Below, one piece after another: positions 49,806 to 62,200 of a DNA stretch of 64,000 nucleotides (its first letter is position 1; each line of letters starts with the position of its first letter). The notes below the pieces were generated by a model. It had not been told where the DNA came from and made no database searches. It saw nothing but the letters and a program-made list of their open reading frames with translations. This DNA comes from Octopus sinensis (Eukaryota). Location: the NCBI RefSeq assembly GCF_006345805.1, contig NC_043000.1, positions 101,556,001-101,620,000 of the forward strand. The letters run 5' to 3'. The position numbers and the translations under genes are program-made.

Positions 49806-50225
49806 TCTTCATTGTTTTCGTGTCCTGTCTTCTATACTTGTATGGATGAGATGGAATGTGTTGAAGCAGATTTTCTATAGCCAAGATACTCTTCCTGTCA
49901 CGAACCCTTACCTGTTTCCAAGTAAAGAAATATTTCCCCAGAGACTGGCATGATTTCTTGGATGACACTGCTTGTGTGAGAGTGACATTTGTTTATAAGT
50001 ATCATGCAAGGCCAAGACAGGGAGACAGTAACAAACACACCCATGTATACATACACATACACTGATAGGGCTTTCGTCAGCATAGCACAACTTATCTAAG
50101 ACACTTTCTGAAGGTGCCATACAGTGGGACTAAACCCTATAACTCATGGTCAGGAAGTGAAATCCTTAATCACATAGATATGCTTATATATGTATATATG
50201 TGTGTGTGTGTTTTGAGTGTATATA

Positions 50226-50442
50226 CGAGGGGGTGCCGAAAAGTTCCTGACTTTGGGTAAAAGAAAATATGGGAGGATTAATTAATTATGATTTTATACA
50301 GCACCTTCCCATCTCAGATTCATACACTTGTTGCAGTGGACCTACAGTTTTTCTAAGCCCTGTAAAAGAACTCGAAATGTTGGGTCTCCAACCAGGCCTT
50401 TCATGATACCCTAGAAGCCAGACACTTTTCAGCATTCCCTCA
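50226..50442. mobile_element. 217-bp mariner-type MITE
   Basis: TA|CGAGGGGGTGCCGAAAAGTTCCTGACTT ... AAGCCAGACACTTTTCAGCATTCCCTCA|TA. Confidence 0.75.
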
Positions 50443-51061
50443 TATATGCTTTGTGTGCATGCATATGTGTCTATGGCCTCTGTCTTGTCATTACTGACTA
50501 TGGATGAAAGTCCGAGTTATCCACTCCTACTGGAACAGCATTGTCTGTGGTTGAACAATCCAATACACAAACTGTTCCATACAAGCTGCACTTGTGGGCT
50601 TTCCCAGTATTGTTTGAGTTGTAGTGTTCCTCTGTATTGATTCACCTTTCTTTTCCTGCCTTCATCAATCTCTCCAGTATAGGGTATTTGACAGGCTCCA
50701 AACCTGGGCAATATCTTATGGTGGATGGCTTGTTGTCCACGGATCATGACCCATTCTCCACATCACAGCTGTATCTAAAGGAATAGCACAACTGTTACAA
50801 TTTGCCACCAGCATTATCACAGATGCTGCCAGAAGATAGCTGTAGACAACACCAAACTGCCTCAGGAGCTCCAACTCCTGATTCTTGTTTCTCATAGTTT
50901 TATTAATGTAGGTGCATGGTCACACAACAAGAGAGTGTGGTACATGTTTGGCCAATTCAACATTGTTGTCATAATATTTGCATTATTGAAGGTACATCTT
51001 TATTTGCAAGGTGAACAAGTCACTTGCAAACTCTGCTAGTTGTATATGTGATTGTGCATAT

Positions 51062-51240
51062 GAGCACAGGCATGGCTGCTTGGTTAAGAAGCTTGCTTTG
51101 CAACAATGTGATTTTGGGTTCAGGTCCACTGCATGGCAACTCAGGCAACTGTCTTCTACTACAGCCCTGGGTCAACCAATACCTTGCAAGTGAATTTGAT
51201 AAATGAAAACTCAGTGAAAGCTTGTCATACATATATTTGT
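51062..51240 (+). mobile_element. SINE family B 5' half
   Basis: GCACAGGCATGGCTGCTTGGTTAAGAAGCTTGC...GGGTTCAGGTCC. Confidence 0.7.
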
Positions 51241-51400
51241 GTGTGTGTGTGCGTTTGTGTGTGGATTAATTGGGTTAAACATTGAAGTCACAGCCAATAT
51301 TATTCTCGTGGAGTAATATGATTTTTGCTCTCATAACTGGACTGAGGCTACGTTGTTTTCCCATTATTAATCAATTGTATAATAACGTTAAATTATAACA

Positions 51401-51918
51401 CTAGCAGTTAGGCTAGTTGTGTGACCACCCATTTTGGCAAGAAAATTTGCATATGTATTACATGGTCTTAAACTAATTTTGCTGCTAAATTTTAAACGTT
51501 TATATTAATTTAGCATTAGAACTCTTCAACTTGTATAAATATAGTTATTGTCTACATCATTCGAAAGAGAAACAAATTCTGCATTAGGTATAAAAGATAA
51601 AAATCATTTGTATGGTGTTAGTAACAAAATATTTTGTAAGAAATAGACTTTTATCATCGGTCTTAAATTTATTTTCGCCAATGTACTTTTAATAAAACAT
51701 TACCAACTTTCCCTAAATTTCTTTATCTCTCTTTTTCTTTCTTTCTCTCTCTCACTCTCTCTGTCTTCACCACTGCCTTAAACTTCTTTATGCCTACTAT
51801 TATTATTTTCCCCCCATCATGAGGAATAGTAGGAATGTCATTAAATAGTGAGAGAGGAGGGGGTCAGAGTGTGACACACTGGCACACAAAAATTAGTTTT
51901 CGCTTTTATTATATTAGA
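51401..51918 (-). mobile_element. Non-autonomous Helitron (518 bp), older family
   Basis: Minus strand A|TCTAATATAATAAAAGCG at 51918; ends ACTGCTAG|T at 51401; 3' hairpin decayed. Confidence 0.6.
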
Positions 51919-52701
51919 TATATCTATATCTATCAATATATATATATATACATATATATATATACACACACACAGATATATATAGACACACACATATATA
52001 GATATATATATATAGACATACGCACACACATATATATGTGTGTGTGTCTTTGTGTTTGTATTTGTCTCCCCACCACTGCTTGATATCCAGTGCTGTAACT
52101 TAGCGATTCGGCAAAAGATTAAGTACCAGACTTAATAAGCACTGGTATCATTGACTGAAACAAATAAAAGATATATCATAAATTGTGTATTTCTATGTCT
52201 GTTTGTATATATATATATATATATATTATTTGTGCATATTATACACACACATGATTATAACCAGAAATGATTCTGTCAAAAGTAGCATTAACTTTTTAGG
52301 TCATTCAATTTTTCTCAACCGATCAATATACTGACTGAGTGAACCTATCAATAACGAACCTATAATGACTATTGGGAACAGCTGTAAATCAAATTTACTG
52401 CAATAAAGAAAAATATATAATGACCGTTATTTATACCTTGTCTTGTATATATGATTATGTTTATATGTATATATAAATACACATATATCATATAATTGTA
52501 TGTGTGTATCAGCATGAGTCCATAAGAAATACATACTGTAATTGTTTTAGAACTTTGGAAACTTACTGATATTGAAAATCTAGAAGACACCTACATTGCT
52601 TTCAGAAGTTTATATAAATGTGTGTGTGTATTATTCCTTAACTTATGAACTATTACTGAGATTTATGTAAGTTAATAAATTTTTTAACATATATAAACAT
52701 A

Positions 52702-53145
52702 CTAGCAGTATAGCCCGGTGTTGCTCGGGTTTGTTTTTTAGTTGTGCTTAAAACAGCAGACTTTGATGTTGCGTTAACAAAGTTTTGACATAGTTTCAAT
52801 CTTTTTTGAAAAGTAAAAATTTTGAATTATGTTGCTTGTTAATCTCTTTAAGTGAACATCTTTCTGGTCAAAATAAACTGAAAAATGGCGACACAGTAAT
52901 AAAAAAATTGTAAAAAGTAGGGATTTTCATAGAAAAAAGCACCTTTTTGATGTAAATAATTTTTGGTATTAACATGGTTCAATTTGAATTTTTTCTTCTA
53001 CGGAATGAAGAGCAAGCCTTCTTCTATCATACTCTCAATTTTGGTCAACTTGCACCGCAGGGTCTCAGAGGAGATAGTGTTAGTTGAAGGCTACCAAACC
53101 TGCTACACACACACACACAGACAACTTCAGCTTTATATGTACAGA
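52702..53145 (-). mobile_element. Non-autonomous Helitron (444 bp) sharing the family B 3' end
   Basis: Minus strand A|TCTGTACATATAAAGCTGAAGTTG...ACAAACCCGAGCAACACCGGGCTATACTGCTAG|T. Confidence 0.85.
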
Positions 53146-53754
53146 TTACTTGTTGTTGATACAATGAAAGAAATATTTAGCTAAGGACACAAACTGAATC
53201 TGGACAAATGCCCCAGAATCTGATTTTAAGTTACCAGAGTTAGATACGGGCTTACTAAATTACACATTCAACTCAAGGTTTCTCCAATAGTGTAAGGGAT
53301 TAGCCAAACCCCTAAAGCTTTCTTCAATGACAAGTACTGGACATTGCAATTTAAAAAGCAGTACTGGATATTGCATACGAGAGTGTGTGTGTGTGAATGT
53401 CTATGTATGTGAATGTGTATACTCACACGTGTGTGTGTGTGTGTGTGTACATTCACAGTTGTGATATAGAATAATGTGTGTAAGTAAGAGTTTATCTGAA
53501 TGTAAGCAGCTGTTATTGTCAGTTCCAACAGTGCTGTAGATCATTTTGCTTTTTTTTTAAAAAAAAAAGAGACAAAATAGTTTTTATTTGGCTGAATATA
53601 AAATGTTTGCATGTGTGTGTATATTGCCATCATTTAGTGTCCATACTCCATGCTAGCATCATATATCAAACTTCAATATATGTTTTGGCATGGTTTCTAA
53701 AGTTGGATGCCTTTCTATCACCAACCATTTTACAGCATGTATCATATATATACC

Positions 53755-54170
53755 ATTTACTTGTTTCAGTCATTTGACTGCGGCCATGCTGGAACACCAC
53801 CTTTAGTCAAGCAAATTCACTCGAGGACTTATTCTTTGGAAGCCTAATGCTTATTCTATTAGTCTCTTTTGCCAAACCACTACTTTACGGGGACATAAAC
53901 ATACCACCATCAGTTGTCAAGCAATATTGGGGGACAAACACGGACACACAAACATACATATATACGACAGGCTTCTTTCGGTTTCCGTCTACCAATCTGT
54001 GTTGTTTTGTTTACACCCCTATGACATAGTGGCTCATCAACAGAAACTGATAGAATAAGTATCAGACTCAGAAAATAAGTATTGGGGTCAATGTTGTTTG
54101 ACTTGAAGGTGATGCTCCAACATAGCGAGAGTCCAGTGATTAGAACAAGTATAAGATGAAAGATAAAGGA
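53755..54170. mobile_element. Rearranged SINE B halves (minus 53755-54000, plus about 54000-54170)
   Basis: Family B 3' motifs occur in both orientations. Confidence 0.55.
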
Positions 54171-54459
54171 ATATACTTTAACTACAAAACCAATTCTGAA
54201 TTAAAATTACACCACAGACTGTCCCACACTTAACAGGCAATCAGTAGTCTATGTAACAATCAATAACCTAATTAAGTAAGTCATTTTCAGAGCTGTCAAT
54301 ATTTCACTTATCAACCTACTAACTTAATTCAGCTAATCATTTCAGCATTAGCAAAGGGCTGTGCATTTCAATTATCATCTGGCATTACATAGAAATTTTC
54401 AGTGAGCTGTGATTAGCTTGATGGTTAACATGTTGTAGTGGTTTATACTTTTAAACAAG

Positions 54460-55110
54460 ACAGGTATGGCTGTGTGTGTAAGAAGCTTGCTTTGTAATTC
54501 TGTGGATTCAGGTTCAGTTTCATTGCATGCCACTTTGAGCAGGTGTCTTTCTACTATAGCCCCAGGCCTGCTAAAATCTTGTGGGTCGACTTGTCCCCCT
54601 CCACATTTTGATAAACTGTGTTATTTTGTTGGCAGGAACAGAAAGAAACCACTGCACTCTCAGAGTGGTTGGTGTTAGAAAGGGCATCCAGCTGTAGAAG
54701 CTTTGCCAGATCAGATTGAGCCTGGTGCAGCCTTCTGGCTCACCAATCCTCAGTCAGTCCATGCTAGCATGGAAAGCAGATGTTAAACAACAATGATGAT
54801 ATGATAATGATATGCTGGTGCCATATAAAAAGCTTCCAGGCCCCTCTGTAATGTAATTAGCATTAGGAAGGGTATCCAGCCATAAAATCCATTTTAAGAC
54901 TGACCTTACCAGTGTTGGTGCCACATAAAAAGCACTCATTCTACTCTGGTTAAAAGGTTGGCATTAGGAAGGGCATCCAGGCATTAAAAGAAAAAGCACA
55001 CTCCAAAATAGGCAATGAAACCTGCTGCAGTCTTTTGGCTGGGCAGCTCCTGTTAAACTGTCCAACCCATATCAGCATAGAAAACAGTCATTAATGATGA
55101 TGATGATGGT
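54460..55110 (+). mobile_element. SINE B head followed by SINE C fragments in mixed orientation
   Basis: GGTATGGCTGTGTGTGTAAGAAGCTTGC; several AGGAAGGGCATCCAG motifs. Confidence 0.65.
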
Positions 55111-55484
55111 GACGATGCTTAGCGAAATATATACAATGAGCCTCAGTTGCAGCTGGGTAATTTAGCTACACATTTCACTCTGTGTAAATTTTATAGCCTA
55201 AGGGTTCCAAGACATTTTGTAGTCTTGTTTTAAAGAGTTTTCGAGCAACGATGAACATGAATATTGAATATGATTAAGTGATCAAGTTAGACCACTAATA
55301 CAATATTATAAGAAGGAAAAAATCCTCTCCGATTTATATTATGAATGGGGAGATTTCATTGCCTGACTTTATAGATGAAAGCATGCACGCTTATCTATAT
55401 GAAAAAAATTAATATATACAGCAATGTGTTCACATAAGCCTAGATACATCCATGTGTATATGCAAACACAAACGCATGCATATA

Positions 55485-55629
55485 GGCCGTGTGGCTGTGT
55501 GCTTCCCAACCACATGGTTCCAGGTTCAGTCTCACTGCATGGCACCTTGGACAAGTGTCTTCTACTATAGCCTCGGGCCGACCAAAGTCTTGTGAGGGGA
55601 TTTGTTAGACAGAAACTGAAAGAAGCTTG

Positions 55630-55680
<51 letters not shown>

Positions 55681-56175
55681 CTGTATGTGTGTGTATGTGT
55701 CTGTTTTTTTCCCATACCATCACTTGACTACTGATGGTGGTGTATCTATGTCCCTATAACTTAGCAGTTTGGCAAAAGGGACCAATAGAATAATTACTAG
55801 GTTTACAAAGAATAAGTCCTGAGTGTGATTTCTTCAGCTACAAAACTCCTTAAAGTGGTGCTTTAGCATGACCACAGTCAACTGATTGAAACGTGTAAAA
55901 GAATAAAAGAATATATCCATACAGAGAGAGTGGTATACACACAAGTGCAGGCATGGCTGTGTGGTTAGAAGCTTGCTTCCCAACCATATGGTTCTGGGTT
56001 CAATTCCAATGTGAGGCACCATGGACAAGTGTCTTCTGCTTTAGCCTTGGGCCAACCAAAGACTTGTGAGTAGTTTTGGCTGACAAAAACTGAAAGAAGC
56101 TCGTCATGTGTGTGTGTGTGTTTGTGTGTGTGTGTATGTAGTTGGGAAGCAAGGTTCTTACCATACAACCACACC
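55485..56175 (+). mobile_element. Two SINE family B copies (55485-55910 and 55945-56175)
   Basis: CCAACCACATGGTTCCAGGTTCAGTC and CCAACCATATGGTTCTGGGTTCAATTCC heads. Confidence 0.8.
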
Positions 56176-56669
56176 TGCACTTGTAGCACTGGTTTTAAGC
56201 AGTTTAACAGTTTCCACTATAAAAACAAATAGAGTGTATGCAATACACACACACACACACACATATGTGCGCACACCATTATCATGATTATCCTATGTTC
56301 ATTCTTTTATGTTGGCATGGATTAGACAGCAAGTCATTAAAATTTGCCTGGACTACACCTCCAATGCATGAAACTATTAGTAACATTTAAGTGTATACTG
56401 TGTATATTTACTAATATATATGCATATGTGTGTGTGTGTTACAGTGTTGCACTCATGACTGTAAGATTGTGGTTTTGAGTCCTGTACCAGACAACGTATT
56501 GTGTTCTTGAACAAAACACTTCATTTCACTTTGCTCCAGTTCACGCAGCTGGCAAAACTGAGTAATCCTGCAATGGACCGGAGTCCTATTCAGGGAGTGA
56601 GAAATACATACACCTCAGAATCCCCAAATCCAGCCTTATGAGTTTATATATATATATCGAAGACCTGAC

Positions 56670-57325
56670 AATGAAGTGAGTTCATGGCTTGCAGGACGGC
56701 CTGCTGCGCTTGAGGAGACCTATTGTGTCAAGTTCATCAACATCAAAATAAAAATCATATAGATATTGTAGTTGTGATACCCATGCCAGTGGCATGTAGG
56801 GCCTCACAGAGGAAATGACGAAGACCAAGACCCCTGAGATATGCTGTGACTGTGAAGACCCGACAAATGAAGTGAGTTCATGGCTTGCAGGATGGCCTGC
56901 TGTGCTAACCTTGGATCATAGAGTGACCTGCTGTTCTTGAGGAGACCTATTGAGTCAAGTACGTCAACACCAACGTCAAAATAAAAATCAAATGGAAATT
57001 GTAGTTAAGACACCTGTGCTGGTGACACGTAAAAAGCACTGTCCGAATGTCGCAGATGCCAGTGCTGCCTGACTGGTGGCTGTGTCGGTGACAGGTAAAA
57101 GCACCAACTGATTGTGGCCATTTGCCAGCCTCCTCTGGTCCCTGTGCCAGTGGCATGTAAAAAACACCCACTACACTCATGGAGTTGTTGGAGTTAGGAA
57201 GGGCATCCAGCTGTAGAAACACTACCAAATCAAATTGGAGCCCTGGTGCAGCTTCCATGGCTTCCCAGACCCCGGTCGAACCGTCCAACCCATGCTAGCA
57301 TGGAAAACGGACGTTAAATGATGAT
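56670..57325 (+). mobile_element. SINE family C long copy with an internal duplication
   Basis: GAAGACC.GACAATGAAGTGAGTTCATGGCTTGCAGGA occurs twice (near 56679 and 56855); standard 3' core and (GAT)n tail. Confidence 0.8.
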
Positions 57326-57409
57326 GATGATATGTATGATAAATGAAATATGTGTATGTGTGTGTGTATGTGAGTATATGTGTGTATACCAAACCATGAA
57401 ATCAGGAGA

Positions 57410-58100
57410 TGCCAGGGCTGAGCATATATTATATAACCATTTGACTTCCATAAGATTACAGCTGTTTCGCTATATATCATGGGCATTCACTGGCAGGACA
57501 GTGGGACAAATCAAGAGATGATGGACAGAACTTGTTTAACAAGCATTGAGACAATGTTGCTGAGGGGTCAGTTGATGCTGAACTGGCCATGTCATTGGAA
57601 TGACTGACAACCGTGTACTCAGGCTGCTGTTGTACGGCAAGCTCATGCAGGGCTCACATAAACGAGGAGGACCTAAACTGAGTTACAAAGACACTCTGGA
57701 AAGTAACCTCATATAGAGTGGCATTAGACCACATGAACTTGAAGCCTTTGCCACAGACAAATAAGCATGGACGGCTCTCACCTCATGAGCAGCAGCTGCC
57801 TTCAGGGAGTAGGAAATACATTCACCTCAGAGTAAACTTGAGATCTACAAGCATTTGTGGAAGTGTATAGACCATTATACAGTGTAATGTAATAACATTT
57901 CTGTTAAAGTGTAATCTCTGGAGGAAAAAGGCATCTCAATGTTACAAGAGCAAAATCTCACAGGCAACATCTGCTTCAATCCAATCAACAGACTATCGCT
58001 ATGACATCTGTGGGCACCTGTGTGCTTTGAACTAGAGTCATATGGTCTGTCATTGTTGAGAACACAAACTTTGTCATCATCAGACACCAATGGACTACCT
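57410..58100 (+). mobile_element. RTE-clade LINE 3' fragment, decayed, with a short insertion
   Basis: SIETMLLR..L..TGHVIGMTDNRVLRLLLYGKLMQGSHKRGGPKLSYKDTL matches the RTE LRW.GHV.RM.D.RLPK.LLYGEL..G.R..GGP..RYKD.L pattern. Confidence 0.85.
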
Positions 58101-58109
58101 GTCATATCA

Positions 58110-58830
58110 TGTATAGGGGGGAGAATTCATGAAAAAAACAAAAGACAAAGACAGGTGGTGTTGAAAACAAACAGATGTATTAGTATAACACTTGGGAATT
58201 GAAGAAGTCTTTTACATTTTGAGCCTATGCTCTTCCACAGAAAGGAACACAGAAAGAAACAAGGAGAGAAAAAAAAAGTGTGTGTGTAGTGGCTACTGAT
58301 CATATCTTTATGCTCTTTACTTTCTTATATGGCATTACTTCTGCTCCTTTTATTACCTAAATCTCTGAAATCTAGCAGCTTTCATTTCAAATTTAGTTTT
58401 CCAGTTTTTCATTTTTCACTTTGCATACCTGCTTTTGCATCGTCTCCCCTTTTGCATTCTCCTCTCCCTTAAACTTACTTCAGATACACTTGTTTCGTAT
58501 TTATATTTTTATTGCTCTTCTACTTTTGCATTTGTTATTTTTTGGAAGTTGTGTCTACTTTTAATATTTCATCTATATTCACCAAGATTTATTTATTTAA
58601 TGTTATTATTTATCATGAATTAAACACCTTTATTTATTAATTTACAATGACATCCAACTTTAATATAATATTTAATGGTGTTTTCCCATTCTTACCTATA
58701 ACAATATACAAGTATTTTAACCTTTTACATCCAGAGATTACACTTTAACAGAAATGTTTTTACATCATGCTATATAATGGTCTATACACTTCCACAAATG
58801 CTTGTAGATCTCAAGTTTATTCGATTAAAT
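58110..58830 (-). mobile_element. Decayed Penelope-like 3' region with degenerate hammerhead-like motif (58207-58243)
   Basis: TTT-CTGTGGA-AGAGC(ATAG)GCTC-AAAAT-GTA-AAA on the minus strand; upstream sequence is only weakly GIY-YIG-tail-like. Confidence 0.45.
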
Positions 58831-58883
58831 TTGCTCTCAATATTTTCACTGTTTTTTCACTTGTATTAATAATATTTTATACA

Positions 58884-58943
<60 letters not shown>

Positions 58944-59074
58944 CGTTTATTTATTATATTAAAATAGTATTTCATACCTATGAAGTAAATACCCTCTTTT
59001 CTCCAATACTTTTAAAATTTACCTCTAATGCTTAAACATTTTCATACATTTCAAATTCTCTCTTAAGCTTTATT

Positions 59075-59133
<59 letters not shown>

Positions 59134-59139
<6 letters not shown>

Positions 59140-60233
59140 TCTATGTATGGATTTTATTTAAAAGGAATATATATATTTATATATATTTTTTTTATTTATA
59201 TATATTTCAAATAAAATCCATTTGAATTGAAATTAACTGATCGAAAACTCTACATCTAAAGAAACTCCCCTTTTCTCCCTCGTTCCTCTTTCTCTTCTCT
59301 CTTTTCTCTACATCTTTTACTCTGATACACTTTGCAATAAGCTCTTCTAAAAATAACCATACATTTTTCTTATCTATAATTTTATAATTGTTTGAAAAGA
59401 TCCTCAGATCAAAACGTACAGAACTTTGTTATGAAGCTACACAATAAATAAATACATAAATATTAATTCATGGCACTTTTAACAATATGAAGCTAATATA
59501 GTGGCTACTAGTGATTTCACTAACTTTTTGACAATGTATATGCCTGTGTGTGTGTGTATACATACATATATACATATTTTTGTTAAAAGTGTTATATATA
59601 TTTCTTTCTGTTAAAGTGTAAGATATATATATGTATGTATTTATGTATTCGTTTCTGTTAAAGTGTAATATATATATATATTATATATATATATATATTA
59701 TATGTATCTATGTATGGATTTTATTTAAAAGGAATATATATATTTATATATATTTTTTTTATTTATATATATTTCAAATAAAATCCATTTGAATTGAAAT
59801 TAACTGATCGAAAACTCTACATCTAAAGAAACTCCCCTTTTCTCCCTCGTTCCTCTTTCTCTTCTCTCTTTTCTCTACATCTTTTACTCTGATACACTTT
59901 GCAATAAGCTCTTCTAAAAATAACCATACATTTTTCTTATCTATAATTTTATAATTGTTTGAAAAGATCCTCAGATCAAAACGTACAGAACTTTGTTATG
60001 AAGCTACACAATAAATAAATACATAAATATTAATTCATGGCACTTTTAACAATATGAAGCTAATATAGTGGCTACTAGTGATTCACTAACTTTTTGACAA
60101 TGTATATGCCTGTGTGTGTGTGTATACATACATATATACATATTTTTGTTAAAAGTGTTATATATATTTCTTTCTGTTAAAGTGTAAGATATATATATGT
60201 ATGTATTTATGTATTCGTTTCTGTTAAAGTGTA

Positions 60234-60245
<12 letters not shown>
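59134..60245 (+). repeat. 567-bp near-perfect tandem duplication bounded by (TA)n
   Basis: Offset of 567 verified at two anchors (59134/59701 and 59261/59828); one 1-bp indel noticed (GATTTCAC versus GATTCAC). Confidence 0.95.
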
Positions 60246-60266
<21 letters not shown>

Positions 60267-60304
60267 ATATTTATATATAAAAATATGTGTGTGTATGTGT
60301 ATGC

Positions 60305-60730
60305 TATCACTTGCCCAATCTTCACTCCTACATCCTCATTCAACCTCTTCCCATTCCCCATCTTCTTGCTCACCCTCTTCCACCCCTCCTTCCCTTCCTT
60401 ACATGCTCTCCTATCCACAGTACTATTACTTTGTTTCATACATTATACTCTCTCTTATCCGCTTATCTCTCACAATAATCTCTTTCTCATCACTATACAC
60501 ATCTCTCATCCTGTTCTCCTATACCCTTTCATTTCCTTATCATTAATCTCTGTCAACTATCTCTCTCATCCTCTCCTTGCTCACATTCTTTCCTATCCTC
60601 TGTGACATTACACTGTCTCTCTCCCATAACACACTTCTCCCAACATTGTCTCTCTTCCACTACTACCTCCTCTACCACTGTGTATTCCATTTATAGCCTC
60701 ACTCTCTTCTATCTCATTTATTCAACATCT
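60305..60730. repeat. Pyrimidine-rich (CT) low-complexity tract
   Basis: Strong strand asymmetry, few G on the plus strand. Confidence 0.7.
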
Positions 60731-61629
60731 TGATCATGTTGTAATGCATAAATGAAAACACTTTAGAGTAGTGATGGCTCTACAGTCATGCATATTATAA
60801 GGTATTCTCAGCAGCTATGGGGACATAACAAAATGTACTCAATACAGTGTAAAGTGTTAAGTAAATGAACCGAGGCGGTGTAGGATTGGAAGGATCCTTT
60901 GCTCTTCTCAAAGACATGACTGAGCCTTTAGTCATGTGTGTCATAATAAAATAGATCCCTTACACTCTGTAAAATAGTTGGTTTTGGGGTAGGGTGTGTA
61001 GCCACAAAGAGCATGCCAAAAGCAGAATGTTTTAAGCAGGACAACCTGTCTTTCTGGCCATCTAAAAGAAAAGTAAATCCAAATGAGAACTGACTCACAT
61101 CATGACAACACATCAAATTCATGCCAGCATAAAAAGCAGAAATAATGATGGTGATGATGACAGTGATGATGGTGATGGTGGTGGTGGTGGTGGTGGTGAT
61201 ATTATATGTTGTTGTTGTTGTTGTGTGTGTGTGTGTACAAATACACACATGCACTCACACGAACAGATATAAAATGTCTATTTATATGCATGCATCTATG
61301 TATATGCATGTGAATGTGTTAAGTATATATATGCATTATACACATGTATTCATATCTAAGTTTGTGTGTGTGTGTGTGTGTGCTTATCTATAAGTATGTA
61401 GCATTTTCATGTTCACTATATCTGAGTATTTTAGCATCTTGTTTCTCAAAAGATAGTATACATGGGATAAATTCATGCACATTTCGGTCCTACTTTGTAA
61501 TCTTGGAATATTTTAACATTTTAAACTTAAACTTGGATTTAATTAAACCATTTGTGCAATGGTTAAAAGACTGTATCATTGATTACTGAGCTTAAGTTAG
61601 AAATTTACAAAAATCATTGTAATAAATGC

Positions 61630-62100
61630 AAGTATGGCTCTATGGTTAAAAGATTCACCTTGCAATCCTATAGTTTTGGATTCAGTTGCGCTGCACGACA
61701 TTTGGGCAAGCGTCTTCTACTATAAAACCAATGCCTTGCGAGTGAGTTTGGTAGACGGAAACAGTGTGGAAGCACATTGTGTATGTGTGTGTGTGAGTGC
61801 ATGTGTGTGTGTGAGTTTATGTGTGTGTGTGTGTATATACATATATATATAAAGTGTGTGTATATATATATATATGAAAGCACCATCCAAATGTGGTCGA
61901 TGCCAGTCTCCTACCAACTGGCTCCTGTGTCGGTGGCACATAAAAAGCACCATCTGAACAGGGTCAATGCCAGTGCTGCCTGACTGGCTCCCATGCTGGC
62001 GGCATATAAAAATCCCCTACTACACTCTTGGAGTCGTTGGTGTTAAGAAGGGCATCCAACTGTAGAAACCTTGCCAGATCAAATTGGAGCCTGGCACATC
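61630..62100 (+). mobile_element. SINE B head (61630-61780) and SINE C (61870-62100)
   Basis: Family motifs as above. Confidence 0.7.
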
Positions 62101-62104
62101 ATCA

Positions 62105-62200
62105 TCATAATTGTTTAATTGTTGTTGTTATTATTATCATTAGTGTTATTGTTATTATTATTATTATTATTATTATTGTTATTATTATTATTATTATTAC
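62105..62200. repeat. (TTA)n tract at the 3' flank of the R4/Dong element
   Basis: Direct inspection. Confidence 0.9.

Noticed and set aside
50470-50800. 76-aa ORF at 50517-50747 in moderately GC-rich DNA
   Set aside because: All upstream frames are interrupted; it weakly resembles a decayed RTE tail, too weak to annotate.
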